Shown here in pieces: positions 26,411 through 36,265 of a DNA stretch of 64,000 nt. The position numbers and the translations under genes were made by a program. Location of the stretch: positions 30,790-94,789 of the IMG/VR virus record IMGVR_UViG_2744054895_000001. One strand, written 5' to 3'. Within the stretch, counting starts at the first letter, position 1. Each line of letters starts with the position of its first letter. Under the pieces are notes generated by a model. The model had not been told where the DNA came from and made no database searches. It saw only the letters and a program-made list of their open reading frames with translations. Source of the stretch: a virus. Lineage: Duplodnaviria > Caudoviricetes.

Positions 26411-28015
26411 TCAGCTCTGGAGGAGCGCGTTGATGACTCCTGCGACGTAGGAGTGGCCGGCGTCGGACATGAGGACGGAATCCGTTCCTGCGGCTCCCGC
26501 ATTTGCTGGGTCAGCCCAGTAGCCCAGCGAGTTCCAGTGGTTCCAGGAGTTGCGTCCCATGGCCCACAGGTTGATGACTGCTGCGTCGAAGGCGCGGGCG
26601 AGTCCGTCTGCGCGGTCGATGAAGTCCTGGTAGCAGAAGGTGGCCGTGTCGGCTGTGCCGACGTGTGGGAGCAGGATGACGATGTCAGTGGCCCCGGTTG
26701 CGGCACCGCCGTCGCGGATGTTCGACAGGTGCTGGCGTACGGATGTGGCCCATGCGTCAGCGTCGATTCCGCTGATGATGTCGTCGGCGCTGACCGCATA
26801 GATGACGAGGTCGCACGGGTAGTTGGGGCCGCCGTTCCAGGGCAGCTTCAGCGTCGGTAGGTACTCGCTCGCGACGGCGTTGCGACGGGCAAAGTTGTTG
26901 AGCACGATGCCGGTCGAGTTCTCGCCGGCGACGCCGAAAACGGAGAGGTACTGGCTGCTGGTGCCCGTGTGGGTCAGCTTGACCGTGTGGGTGCCTGCGG
27001 ACAGGCCGGTGACCTTGGTGGCGATGACGGCGCGACCGGTGGTGGCAGTGTCGGCGACAGCGACCGCGGTGCCGCTGTCGATGGTGTAGCTCCACGGCGA
27101 GTGCTGGCCGTCCGCGCCGAGGGTAAAGATCGTGACGCTGGTGCCCCTCACAGTGAAGGTGAGGGTGTGGCCGTTGGTCGAGCTGTAGAGATAGCCCCAG
27201 CCGGGACCTGCGGAGTAACCGCCGATGTTCCACGTGCCGGTTTGGCCGATCAGCTCACCGGAGCTGGTCCAGGTCGTGATGGCGGTGCTCTCCTGGCCGG
27301 CGATGCCCTGCGTGCTCAGCAGGGAGGTGTAGAAGCCGGTGCCTCCGTCGCCGTGGGTGCTCTGAAGTGAAGCGGCCAGCAGGCCGGGCCATGCCTTGGA
27401 GCGGAGCCTTGATGCGAGGAAGCCGACGGTGGAGGAGCCGCCGATGACGGCGATGGTCGCCTTGCCGGCGCCGGCCTTCGCCGCGTCTCGCTTCGGGCGC
27501 CAGAACTCTCCCCAGGTGGAGGGGAGGGTGTAACCCTTCGTGCCCTGGAGCGTGGTGTTCGGGTTCGACGAGCCGCCGCCCGCGTCCGACGGGAGCTGGC
27601 TTGCGGTCAGTTTGCCGTCCGGGCCTAGGGACGCGATGCCGCCTGCTATGCCGACCTGGGAGACGTCGAGGACCGTGTGGCCGCCCTGCGTGAAGGTGCC
27701 GTCGGTGCCGAGTAGGGCAGGCCCGACACGCTTCAGGGTCACGTCAGGATCCTCAGCACCGGTCCCGAACCCGACGACACCATCCGGGGCGACCTGGAAG
27801 CGGGGCATAGTGTCGGTGTCCGTCTGTACGGTCAAGGCTGGCCCATGGTCTGCGGGCAGCGCCAGGTTCACGGGCTGGCGAAGGCGCTGGTAGCGGGCGT
27901 CGGCCTGCTCGTTGGTGATGTAGTCGGTGGACGTGGTGGTGCCAACGGTGGCGGTGTCCTCGTAGGTGGTCAGATTCTCTTCCACAAAGGCGTCAGGGTG
28001 TTCGTAGGTGGCCAT
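26411..28015 (-). CDS. Virion-associated SGNH/GDSL hydrolase-domain protein
   Basis: GIASLGPDGKLTASQLP fibre motif; IAVIGGSSTVG..; degenerate C-terminal DSVLMSDAGH. Confidence 0.6.
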   Translation of the reverse strand: MATYEHPDAFVEENLTTYEDTATVGTTTSTDYITNEQADARYQRLRQPVNLALPADHGPALTVQTDTDTMPRFQVAPDGVVGFGTGAEDPDVTLKRVGPALLGTDGTFTQGGHTVLDVSQVGIAGGIASLGPDGKLTASQLPSDAGGGSSNPNTTLQGTKGYTLPSTWGEFWRPKRDAAKAGAGKATIAVIGGSSTVGFLASRLRSKAWPGLLAASLQSTHGDGGTGFYTSLLSTQGIAGQESTAITTWTSSGELIGQTGTWNIGGYSAGPGWGYLYSSTNGHTLTFTVRGTSVTIFTLGADGQHSPWSYTIDSGTAVAVADTATTGRAVIATKVTGLSAGTHTVKLTHTGTSSQYLSVFGVAGENSTGIVLNNFARRNAVASEYLPTLKLPWNGGPNYPCDLVIYAVSADDIISGIDADAWATSVRQHLSNIRDGGAATGATDIVILLPHVGTADTATFCYQDFIDRADGLARAFDAAVINLWAMGRNSWNHWNSLGYWADPANAGAAGTDSVLMSDAGHSYVAGVINALLQS

Positions 28016-28039
28016 GGGGCTCCTTGATGTGCCGGGCGC

Positions 28040-28570
28040 TCAGCGCTCGCCGGCTCCCGCTGCGGGGATGTACTGGGCGAAGACGGCGTCCGCAGTCAGC
28101 TCGTCGGGCTTGACCTCGACGGCGGTGATGGAGACGAGGACGTCCTGCCTGCGGATCTGTCCGAGGATGGACATTTGGGTGATGCGGAAGAGCCGGCCGT
28201 CGTAGGCGATGCGGTCCCGCAGGTACCAGTCGTTGTGGATGTCGGCTTGAGTGATGCCGATCTTTTGGATCTGGGCGAAGGCGGCGCTGACCTCCAGCGT
28301 GTCGACGGTGTAGAAACCGCGGTCGCCCTCCTGGTCACCCATCTCGGTGTGCGTCGCGTGCAGCACTGGCACGGCCCAGGGACCGTCGTAGGCCAGGCCG
28401 CCCTCATCGCCTTCGTCGTAGATGTCGTGGGATACGGAGCGGGTGTGGCTGTATCGCCAGTAGGCGATGACGTCGCCCGCGTGGCGCTGCCAGGCGCGCA
28501 GTCCCCGGTCAATGCGCTCGCTCTCCTCGGTGGCGGAGAAGCGTCCGCGCTTCCAGTCGGCTCTGCTCAT
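28040..28570 (-). CDS. Putative head closure / head-tail connector
   Basis: Start MSRADWKRG; DRIAYDGRLFRI; position. Confidence 0.55.
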   Translation of the reverse strand: MSRADWKRGRFSATEESERIDRGLRAWQRHAGDVIAYWRYSHTRSVSHDIYDEGDEGGLAYDGPWAVPVLHATHTEMGDQEGDRGFYTVDTLEVSAAFAQIQKIGITQADIHNDWYLRDRIAYDGRLFRITQMSILGQIRRQDVLVSITAVEVKPDELTADAVFAQYIPAAGAGER

Positions 28571-29385
28571 GCAGCCCACCCGTTGTAGGTCGGGTTGGGG
28601 ATGCCGGACGGGTCGACGTCGTGCTTGTCGATGTGCGGCAGGACGCGCTCGGGGTAGGCGTTGTCGTCGTACTCGCGGTCGACGTAGATCGGCACGTACC
28701 GGCCAGTGGTGCGCGATACGCGGCGCAGGGTGACCATCTCGATGCGGAAGAGCCCGATGTTGAGTTGCCGGCACAGCTCCTCGTAGCGGTCGGTCATCAC
28801 CGATATCTGGTGCAGGACCTGGGTGTAGCGCTGTCCGCGGTTGACGTGGGTGCCCTCGCCCGTGGAGATGTCGACGTCCGAGGAGGCGTCGGTGGCGACG
28901 GCCCACAGCGCGTTGACGACGGCGAGGAGTACCAGGGGCAGTTCTTCGACGTCGGGCAGGTTCTCCAGCGTGAGCGGCTCGTCGGCGTAGCGGATGAAGC
29001 CGTTGGCTGACCTGTACCGCACGGTGACGTGCCGGTTGTGGCAGTGCTGTAGCTCGGCATCCCGCAGGTGCTGAGCCAACTCCTCGTCCGTGAACATGCC
29101 GGCCGCCTGACCCTCGACAATCAGCGTCTGGCCGAGCGGGAGCGGGGCGTGCTGGCCAAGAAGAGTGATGCGTCCCTCGCGGCCATCGACCTGGTAATCG
29201 GTGCCCGCGGCCAGGTCGGTGAGCACCTGGCCGCCCAGGAGGCTGACTCGGTTGAGGGTGACGTTGACCGAGCTGAGGTCGTAGTCGGTAAGTTCTCCCG
29301 TACCGGCAAGGACGTCGCGGAAGGCACTTCCGAAGTCCCCGAGTTCGGAGCGTATGCGGGTGAGGATTCGGGTCAGCTCTGCCAT
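28567..29385 (-). CDS. Putative head-tail adaptor
   Basis: Start MAELTRILTRIRSELGD; FTDEEL motif; position. Confidence 0.6.
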   Translation of the reverse strand: MAELTRILTRIRSELGDFGSAFRDVLAGTGELTDYDLSSVNVTLNRVSLLGGQVLTDLAAGTDYQVDGREGRITLLGQHAPLPLGQTLIVEGQAAGMFTDEELAQHLRDAELQHCHNRHVTVRYRSANGFIRYADEPLTLENLPDVEELPLVLLAVVNALWAVATDASSDVDISTGEGTHVNRGQRYTQVLHQISVMTDRYEELCRQLNIGLFRIEMVTLRRVSRTTGRYVPIYVDREYDDNAYPERVLPHIDKHDVDPSGIPNPTYNGWAA

Positions 29386-29993
29386 GCGTCGAGCCCAACT
29401 GTCAGACCGCCAGTGTTGACCATGAGGGTCTCGTTCTGGCTCGCGGACACGGGGGTGTCGAGTTGCCAGACGACGTTGACGGCCCCGTCCGTGCCGCTGG
29501 CCGCAGTGACCAACGCAGCATGCGTCGCTACGACTCCCATGCCACCGGACGCCGTGAAGGGCCCGAAGAAGAGCGGGGTGGAGTTCAGTACCGCTGAGCC
29601 GCCTGAGCTGGGCGAGGTGGCGAGGTTGAAAGGCATCGCCTGTCGGCTGTAGCCCGTGGCTGCCACCTCCATCGTCGCCAAGTTCTCGAAACTGGTCTGC
29701 CGGCCGGGATCCCCGGTCAGCAGGGCGAGATAGGAGGTGCTGGGACCGTCGGTACGCGTGCCGATTAGACCGCTCAGCCAAGAGCCGCTTGTGTCCGCCT
29801 TGGCCTGGGTGGCGAAGGAGTTCAAGAAAGCCACCGGGAGGTAGCCGGCGAGTCCCGAAAAACCCTGCTGCTGGTACAGCTTGAGCAGGTAGCCGCGGAT
29901 GGTCGTCGCCGTGGGCGGGCTGGCGGTCGTCGAGGTCGACGTCAGGAACTGGAGGGCCGCGCGCTCTCCGACCTGAGTGATGTATCCGGGCAT
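29373..29993 (-). CDS. Virion structural protein (paralog of upstream gene)
   Basis: YLALLTGDPG..GYSRQ..FGPFT..THAALVTAASG shared with 29993-30628. Confidence 0.65.
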   Translation of the reverse strand: MPGYITQVGERAALQFLTSTSTTASPPTATTIRGYLLKLYQQQGFSGLAGYLPVAFLNSFATQAKADTSGSWLSGLIGTRTDGPSTSYLALLTGDPGRQTSFENLATMEVAATGYSRQAMPFNLATSPSSGGSAVLNSTPLFFGPFTASGGMGVVATHAALVTAASGTDGAVNVVWQLDTPVSASQNETLMVNTGGLTVGLDAWQS

Positions 29994-30628
29994 CAGGCCA
30001 CCTTGATCGTCAGCGAGCCGGCTTGAGCCAGCAGAGACTCGCCCTGGCTGGCGGTCACAGGAACGTCGAGCGTCCACACAGCGAGCACGGAGTAGTCGAT
30101 CCCAGTCGCTGCTGTCACCAGAGCCATGTGCGTAACGGCAACCGCCGACCCGTTCGAATCAGTGAAGGGCCCGAAAACCGCGCTGCTGGAGAGGCTCACC
30201 TGCGACGGCACACCTGACTCAACGAGGAACTGGCCAGACAGCTTGGGAGCTGACAAAGACACGCTCTGCCGCTGGTACCCGGCCGCCTGAACCTCGTCCG
30301 GCAAACTGGTCGCGATATCCCCCGGATCAGCCGTGCACAACGCGAGATAGACAGCACCGCTTGGGTCGTCCGGGAGCGTCTCGATGGCGGCACGGACCGC
30401 AGCGGATCCCTGTGCCTCGACCTGGTCCAGGAAGTTGAGCAGGTATGCCTTGGGCACCCATGCGCCCGGAGCACTCAGGGCACCCCCACCCCAGTGACGC
30501 ACCTGGTGCGCCTTCAGCATGCGGTCGGCCGCCACATCGGTGCCGGACGTGCTGTCCTCGCCTCCCCCAGTCATGAGCGTCAGGAGGGCATGGGATGCGA
30601 GTCGGGTGAGGTATCCGCCGGCCATCAT
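29993..30628 (-). CDS. Virion structural protein (paralog of downstream gene)
   Basis: YLALCTADPG..GYQRQ..FGPFT..THMALVTAATG. Confidence 0.65.
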   Translation of the reverse strand: MMAGGYLTRLASHALLTLMTGGGEDSTSGTDVAADRMLKAHQVRHWGGGALSAPGAWVPKAYLLNFLDQVEAQGSAAVRAAIETLPDDPSGAVYLALCTADPGDIATSLPDEVQAAGYQRQSVSLSAPKLSGQFLVESGVPSQVSLSSSAVFGPFTDSNGSAVAVTHMALVTAATGIDYSVLAVWTLDVPVTASQGESLLAQAGSLTIKVA

Positions 30629-30957
30629 GCACCGCCCGTCGGCGCCGGATCCGGGGTAGACGGGATAGCGGGCTGATCAGCCAGTAGTTCCTCGGGGGCC
30701 TCGTACAGGGTGAAGGCTCCCTCGAATGTGCTGAGCGCAATGGCCAGGGTGCGGTCCACGGTCGTGCCGGGGAAGGTCACTGTGTCGAGGTAGTTGGCGA
30801 GGACCACGTCCTCAACGGCAAAGCCGACGCCTGCCGTACCGGGCGGGACGATTTCGAACGGCGTCACCACAGCGCCCTGCGGGACCGAGCCCACACCGCT
30901 GCCGTATCCGCCTTCAGCCGTCAGCTCGAAGGGCTGGCCGAGCTGGATGTCAGTCAC
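30625..30957 (-). CDS. hypothetical virion protein
   Basis: GGAGA RBS, operon position. Confidence 0.55.
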   Translation of the reverse strand: MTDIQLGQPFELTAEGGYGSGVGSVPQGAVVTPFEIVPPGTAGVGFAVEDVVLANYLDTVTFPGTTVDRTLAIALSTFEGAFTLYEAPEELLADQPAIPSTPDPAPTGGA

Positions 30958-31032
30958 GAGATATCTCCTGGGAGGGCGCAGAGGAAAAGGGGAGAGAGCA
31001 GCACCCCTCTCCCCCGCGGGCTCGGGGCTGGC

Positions 31033-31386
31033 TCAGTGCCAGACCAGGCCCTTCTCCTCCAGGTGGTTCGCGACGAACGCCGGCACCCGGTACGGAACAC
31101 CGACCTCGAAGGTGAAGTAGTTGCCCTGGCCGATGACGACGTCGGTGAGGTTGGCGTTCACGCGGATCTCTCGCGGAGCCTCCTCGACGACGACCGGCTG
31201 CTCCTCGACCTCGGGCTTGGGGTTCTCGACCAGGTCGACGACGACGTCCGACTTCTCCGACTCCGCGACGATCGTGGCCGTCGCCATGGACTTCGCGCGC
31301 TCCTTGGCCTCGGCGTCACGCGCCTGCGCGAGCTTCTCCGCCTGGCGGCCGGTGAGGTCTCCGGCGGGCTTGCGGGCAGTCGTCAT
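31033..31386 (-). CDS. hypothetical protein downstream of capsid
   Basis: AGGAG RBS; conserved-looking C-terminus FEVGVPYRVPAFVANHLEEKG. Confidence 0.65.
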   Translation of the reverse strand: MTTARKPAGDLTGRQAEKLAQARDAEAKERAKSMATATIVAESEKSDVVVDLVENPKPEVEEQPVVVEEAPREIRVNANLTDVVIGQGNYFTFEVGVPYRVPAFVANHLEEKGLVWH

Positions 31387-31496
31387 GTGGTTCTCCTACT
31401 CAGGGAAGTTTTGTGAGGTTCCCACAGGCAGGCTCCGAGATGGAGCCTGCCCGTAGAAGGTGAACGCGAAGGATGAAATTCGCATTCGTGAACGTT

Positions 31497-32783
31497 CTAG
31501 TTCGTCTCGGCGATGACGACCGAAGCGTCGGTGATCAAGCCGAGCCCGAAGATCGAATACCAGCTCAGCAGGTGTTCACGACCGAAGTCCTGGACGCCGC
31601 CGTCCCTCAACTCGACCGGCAGGGAGATCGCATGACCGAAGGCATTGTCACCAATGCAAATACTCTGGTAGACGTCGGCAGGGGTCGCCCCGTTGCCGTT
31701 TCCGATCTTCTTGGTTTGGGTGGTCTCGATGAAGATCACGTCATCGATCCTGCCGATCTCGCCGAGGCTGAAGGCCCCCGGCTGCGCGTACTTCGAGGAC
31801 TCGATCCAGGTCGGGTCCTCACGCAGCCAGCGCGATTGATGCGGATGCACGAAACACACGTAAACATCGCCCAATCGCGGGATGTTTCGGGTCGCGAGGG
31901 TCTCGACCATGTCCTTGACCAGGGCGGAGGTGAACCGGTGGTTGCCGGTCAGGCCGGCGCGGTTCGGGGCCGGGGCGCCCTTGTCGTAGGGGGAGATGCG
32001 GGTAATCGCGTTACCCGTGGTGGCGAACTTGTCGTAGCCGTAGAGCACGGAGGTGGCCTGGAGGAGCGTGTCCCGCGCCTGCTCGTCAAGGTACTTCGCC
32101 ATGTTCCGCCCCAGGAGGCGAGAGCCGGACGCGAGCACGTCATCGAAGGACGAGTTGAGCAGGAGCTCGGAGACGGCGATGGCGTAGCCGTGCTCACTGA
32201 CAGTAATCGAGAACTGACTGGCCGTCAGGGCATGGGTTTCCATGCGGACACCTTCGACGAGCTGCGAGGCGTCGCCGAGGTTGTCGTAACGCATGAAGTG
32301 GATCACGAGGCCGGGGCTGACCCCCAGCTCAGTCTTCTTGCAGCTCTGTTACCTCTCCCCTCAGGGAGCGGGCTGGTCATTTCTGCCAGCCTCTGCATCT
32401 TTCCCATTGATGCAGGCCAGACTATATCTTCATCTCCAGTTCCAGTGGGCCGAAGCACCTAGCCACTGGGCCTGTTGGAGATGCCACCCGTGTAGTCGTT
32501 ACGGAGTCCCAGGTGTTGGGTTCCCTCGGTATTCCCCGTGGTGACGAATGAGTGCTACGAGGAGGAGGGGTTCACCGATACAGGGCGGTTTTCACTGACA
32601 GGTCGCCCTGTCAGGCGGCCAATATCAAACCGCGAACTGCTCGAAGCGCAGGATCGGCATCGACTGGAACAGAATTTCCTTCGACCAGAGTTCCTGGATG
32701 GCCGGGGAAAGCTGCGAGTTCGCGCCGGCGTAGTTGGTCGGAGACGCCGACAGACGCGGCGTACCGGTGATGGCAGAAGCCAT
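31497..32783 (-). CDS. Major capsid protein (N4-gp56 family), two exons 32783-32629 and 32340-31497, 332 aa spliced
   Basis: Exon 1 MASAITG..WSKEILFQSMPILRFEQFA(V) plus exon 2 KKTELGVSPGLVIHFMRYDNL..EHGYA..VHP..GEIGRIDDVIFIET; junction codon GT|C. Confidence 0.9.
32341..32628 (-). ncRNA. Group I self-splicing intron (288 nt, no ORF)
   Basis: Exon GCGGU pairs with GCCGC (U.G at splice site); P UAUCGGUGAA, Q AAUACCGAGG, R GUAACGACUA, S AAGAUAUAGUCU; terminal G; removal restores the frame. Confidence 0.93.
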
Positions 32784-32811
32784 GCTTTACATCCCTTACT
32801 GATGCGGCGGG

Positions 32812-33600
32812 TTAACCGAACATACCCTGACGCGCCGCGTTGCCAGCGGCCGGCAGGAGCTGGCCGCGGAGCTTGGCGTACTCGGACATGGGCATGTTCT
32901 TGATGTCGCCAGCGGAATACTGGCGGTAGCCGGCGTTCGTGTCGGCGGGACCGACGCCGTAACCGGTGGGAGCGGTGCCGCGCATCGAGGCCCGCGCAGC
33001 GACCTGGGTCTGCTGGATCTGGGCGACGATGGCAGCGCTCTTCTGCTTCATCAGCTCGACGCTGGCGCGCAGCTCGTCCTCGGTGTTGCCCTGGACGAGG
33101 TCGACCAGCTCGGGGGCGATGTCGTCGGCGGCCTGCGAGAGCAGTTCACCGCGGACGTTCTGGAGGCGCGTGTACTCCTGCTCGCGCGAGAACAACTCGC
33201 GGTCGGCCTCGTACTTGGACTGGAGGTCGGTGAAGCGACGCTCCCACTCCTCTTCGCGCTCCTTGAGCAGGCTCTTGGCGGACAGTTCCGCCTGTCGCTT
33301 CGCCTCTGCCTCATCCTCGGCCTGCTTGCGGGCGGTTGCCTCCGCGGCTTCCTTCTCCTCGCGGGCCTTGCGGACGGCTTCCAGCTCTTCCTTGGTGGCC
33401 TTCAGGATCTCGTCCTGCTGGTTGAGGCGGCCGTAGAGCTTCTCGCGCTCCTCACGCCGGACCCTCTCCAGGTCCTCGGCGCTGAAGCGACCTTCAGCCT
33501 GCGGATCCTTCGGCTCCTCGGGGACGACCGGCACGGTGATGACCTGGTCGTTCGGGACGTCGTTGGGGGCAGGGGCGGTGGCGGTGGTCGGAACAGTCAT
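32812..33600 (-). CDS. Capsid scaffolding protein
   Basis: Glu/Lys-rich coiled coil; C-terminal IKNMPMSEYAKLR; between portal and capsid. Confidence 0.8.
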   Translation of the reverse strand: MTVPTTATAPAPNDVPNDQVITVPVVPEEPKDPQAEGRFSAEDLERVRREEREKLYGRLNQQDEILKATKEELEAVRKAREEKEAAEATARKQAEDEAEAKRQAELSAKSLLKEREEEWERRFTDLQSKYEADRELFSREQEYTRLQNVRGELLSQAADDIAPELVDLVQGNTEDELRASVELMKQKSAAIVAQIQQTQVAARASMRGTAPTGYGVGPADTNAGYRQYSAGDIKNMPMSEYAKLRGQLLPAAGNAARQGMFG

Positions 33601-35333
33601 TAGCGCGTCTCCTGGTTACTGGCATCCTCCGAATTCCGGCTCTGCGGCAGCTTTGTGCCGTACGCCATGGTCACGAATTGGTCGATCAACGATTTGGTGT
33701 CCACACCGAGGTCGATCCCGGTTGCTCCGGGAAGAACTCCGGTCTGAGCATTGCCTGCGGGAGAGCCGGGCTGATCCGGGTTTCTCCCGCTTGACGGGGC
33801 TGGGTTGCCACTTTCCTCAGTAGCAATTCCAGTCATCTGGAGAATAGCAGAGGAAATGGTTGCTTTGATAAGCTCCAGGGCGCCCTGCTCGATAACGTCC
33901 CTGCGCTGCTCGCTGAACATCTCTTCCAGGCGCTCGTCGGGGAATTCCTCACCGAGTTCGACGAGGGCGTTCCGCTTGGACTCCAGGCCGATGGCGAGTT
34001 TGGCTTGGATTTCGTTGAGCTTGACCAGGTTGTCGACGGGCAGCGGCATCGGCCAGACGCATTCGACCTGATAGACCTCGGGGTCGTTGGGGTCGAGGAG
34101 GTCGGGCTGGTCGTCCGCGGTCTTGATGCCGTCGGTGTACGGGTCGTACAGCAGCGTCTCGGGCTCGTGGCAGAACAGGGTTCGCAGCACCAGCTCGTTG
34201 ATGCGCCGCAGACCGAGCCCGTAGTTCATCTGCTTGATGCTGTTGCGGTTCATCAGCGGCTGGTACTGGATGGACAGGGCGACGCCGCTGGTGTTGGAGA
34301 TCGGTTGCATCTGTCCGAGCGCCGGCTCGGGGACGCCCATGATCTCGTGCATGGCGGTCTTGAGGACCTGGATGTAGCCCATCGGGCCCTGCAAGTCCAC
34401 GCCGTTCTCAAGGTTGTAGACCTTGGCCTTCTCCGGCAGGCCGCCCCAGATCTTCCGCGGGCCGCGTTCCAGGTTGGTGGCTTTGGCGCCTTGGATGATC
34501 GTGGTGGGAGAGGCGTGGTAGTTGATGATGTCCGAGACGTCGGTCATCTTCTCGTTCAGCTCGCGGTTGATCGAGATGATGTCGCCGATATCGGCCAGGC
34601 CCCACGGGGAGCCGGACACGGCTATGTTCCGGATGTGGGCGACAGGAATCATGCCAAGTGGGTTAGGCCGGGAGTCGATCAGCTCGTCATTGAGAAACTC
34701 TTCGATGTGAGTGTCGGTAATGACCTCGGTGTAGGTCATTACCATGCGTGCCCCGTCTGCGCCGGTCGTCCAGAATTTGTAGCGGAGCTTGAAGGTGACC
34801 AGTCTATCCCTGTCGTGTGGGTGGTATTCCGGGAAGCAGTGCGCGGCGTTCAGGGGGAGGATGCGTACGCGGCCCGGATGGACGCCCCCCGCCGAGTCGC
34901 TCCACTGCGGCTCGTAAGCCACTTTCACAAAGGAGTCGCCCGTGACGCCGCCCTGCTCCCCGATGGTGTTGAGCAGGGACTGCTTATCGTTGTCGACCTC
35001 CCACACCCGCTTCAACAGGGCCGGCACGATGTGTTCGTACCGCTTGGGGACAGCGAACTTCACACCCTTGGAGAAGCAGAAGTTGTTGATGTAGCGAGCG
35101 AACGTCGCCACGTAGTTCAGGGTGATCTGCGGTTCGCCGGCTTCGCGTCGATAGGCCCAGTGGTGTCCCAGGTAGAACGCGAAGTTGGTCGCGTAGCGGT
35201 TCAGCCTGGGGCCGTGGACCTCGAAGTCCTCGTCGCTCAGCTCCACTAGGCCCAGGGGGCTGATGGAGATGGTGAGGTCCGAGCCGGCCGCGCGCTGATT
35301 CGGCGGGAAGAAGGCGAAGGACAACCGACACAT
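33600..35333 (-). CDS. Portal protein (SPP1 gp6-like)
   Basis: FYLGHHW, TGDSFVKV, NPLGMIPVAHIRN, SNTSGVALSIQYQPL. Confidence 0.85.
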   Translation of the reverse strand: MCRLSFAFFPPNQRAAGSDLTISISPLGLVELSDEDFEVHGPRLNRYATNFAFYLGHHWAYRREAGEPQITLNYVATFARYINNFCFSKGVKFAVPKRYEHIVPALLKRVWEVDNDKQSLLNTIGEQGGVTGDSFVKVAYEPQWSDSAGGVHPGRVRILPLNAAHCFPEYHPHDRDRLVTFKLRYKFWTTGADGARMVMTYTEVITDTHIEEFLNDELIDSRPNPLGMIPVAHIRNIAVSGSPWGLADIGDIISINRELNEKMTDVSDIINYHASPTTIIQGAKATNLERGPRKIWGGLPEKAKVYNLENGVDLQGPMGYIQVLKTAMHEIMGVPEPALGQMQPISNTSGVALSIQYQPLMNRNSIKQMNYGLGLRRINELVLRTLFCHEPETLLYDPYTDGIKTADDQPDLLDPNDPEVYQVECVWPMPLPVDNLVKLNEIQAKLAIGLESKRNALVELGEEFPDERLEEMFSEQRRDVIEQGALELIKATISSAILQMTGIATEESGNPAPSSGRNPDQPGSPAGNAQTGVLPGATGIDLGVDTKSLIDQFVTMAYGTKLPQSRNSEDASNQETR

Positions 35334-35444
35334 CCTCGTCTAAGCACCGAATGGTGCACCTGTAGGGAGGCGCGGTGCTACGAATGGATGTGCCGAATTG
35401 CGCTATGCCAAATCCTCACATGGGGGCTGCTGGGAGTGTTAACG

Positions 35445-35476
35445 ACAAAGCCCCCCGGTTCCCCAGGGGGCTTTGT
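35445..35476 (-). terminator. Probable terminator hairpin
   Basis: ACAAAGCCCCC...GGGGGCTTTGT. Confidence 0.6.
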
Positions 35477-35488
35477 GCAGCGCGGTGG

Positions 35489-35887
35489 TCAGTCGCTGGT
35501 CTTGGCGTAGTTCGAGCGCTCCTGGTGCCGGCCGTCGCGTACGACCATCTCGAAGCGCTGCTCTGCCGCGTGGCCGGCGCCGTGGGCGAATCCGCCGAGG
35601 AATTCCGGCGCCTCCGGCCAGGCGGCGCTGCCCACGTGGGCTCGCTCGCGCATGGTCTCGGCCGCGGGCTTCTCGAACACGTTCTTGTTGTGGTTGTTCC
35701 TGCCGGGTGCGGTCTGGTAGCCCTGCATTACGCCCTTCCCGAATTCCTGCGGGATGTCGGTGTCGGTGGCGATTCCCTCTTCGAAGCGGAGGCGGCCTCG
35801 GCGGGCGGTGTTGTGGCCATTCTTGACACCGTAGTCGTAGTGACCCTTCTCCTGGAAATGGGGGTCCGGGGCCAGGTTTCCTGCCAT
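35489..35887 (-). CDS. hypothetical phage protein
   Basis: GAGGA RBS, phage-like codon usage. Confidence 0.65.
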   Translation of the reverse strand: MAGNLAPDPHFQEKGHYDYGVKNGHNTARRGRLRFEEGIATDTDIPQEFGKGVMQGYQTAPGRNNHNKNVFEKPAAETMRERAHVGSAAWPEAPEFLGGFAHGAGHAAEQRFEMVVRDGRHQERSNYAKTSD

Positions 35888-36265
35888 GCTTCCTCAATTC
35901 CTTGCGAGACGTCTCAGATCAAGAGTGAGGGGCACTTCAGAAAAAGTGTTATAAGTGCGGCAACCCGCCCCCCTCGCGAGGGCAGATGCTGGGCCGGTCT
36001 GTGTTACGACCAGCCACTCGACCAAGAGCACCTGGTCGTCGCGTTCGATCGCGAGCATGGAGTCATTGAGGGGCCCACAGGGTGGTCGCTGTAGGCATCC
36101 AGCACTCGGCGTACTGGGACGGCTCGCAGCCAGCTCGGCGGCCCGAGTCACACACCGCGGCCAGTCACCCTTTCGAGGGCGCAACCGCCCACCGGAGGAG
36201 CGCTCCTCGGCCTAGACTCTGGGGCCATCCCGCTCCACATAACCCGGCGAATGGATCAACTCCGC

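Noticed and set aside
21651-32783. Tail tube and capsid genes as pseudogenes or intein-containing
   Set aside because: Insertions have in-frame stops and full group I intron features, and precise removal restores the reading frames.
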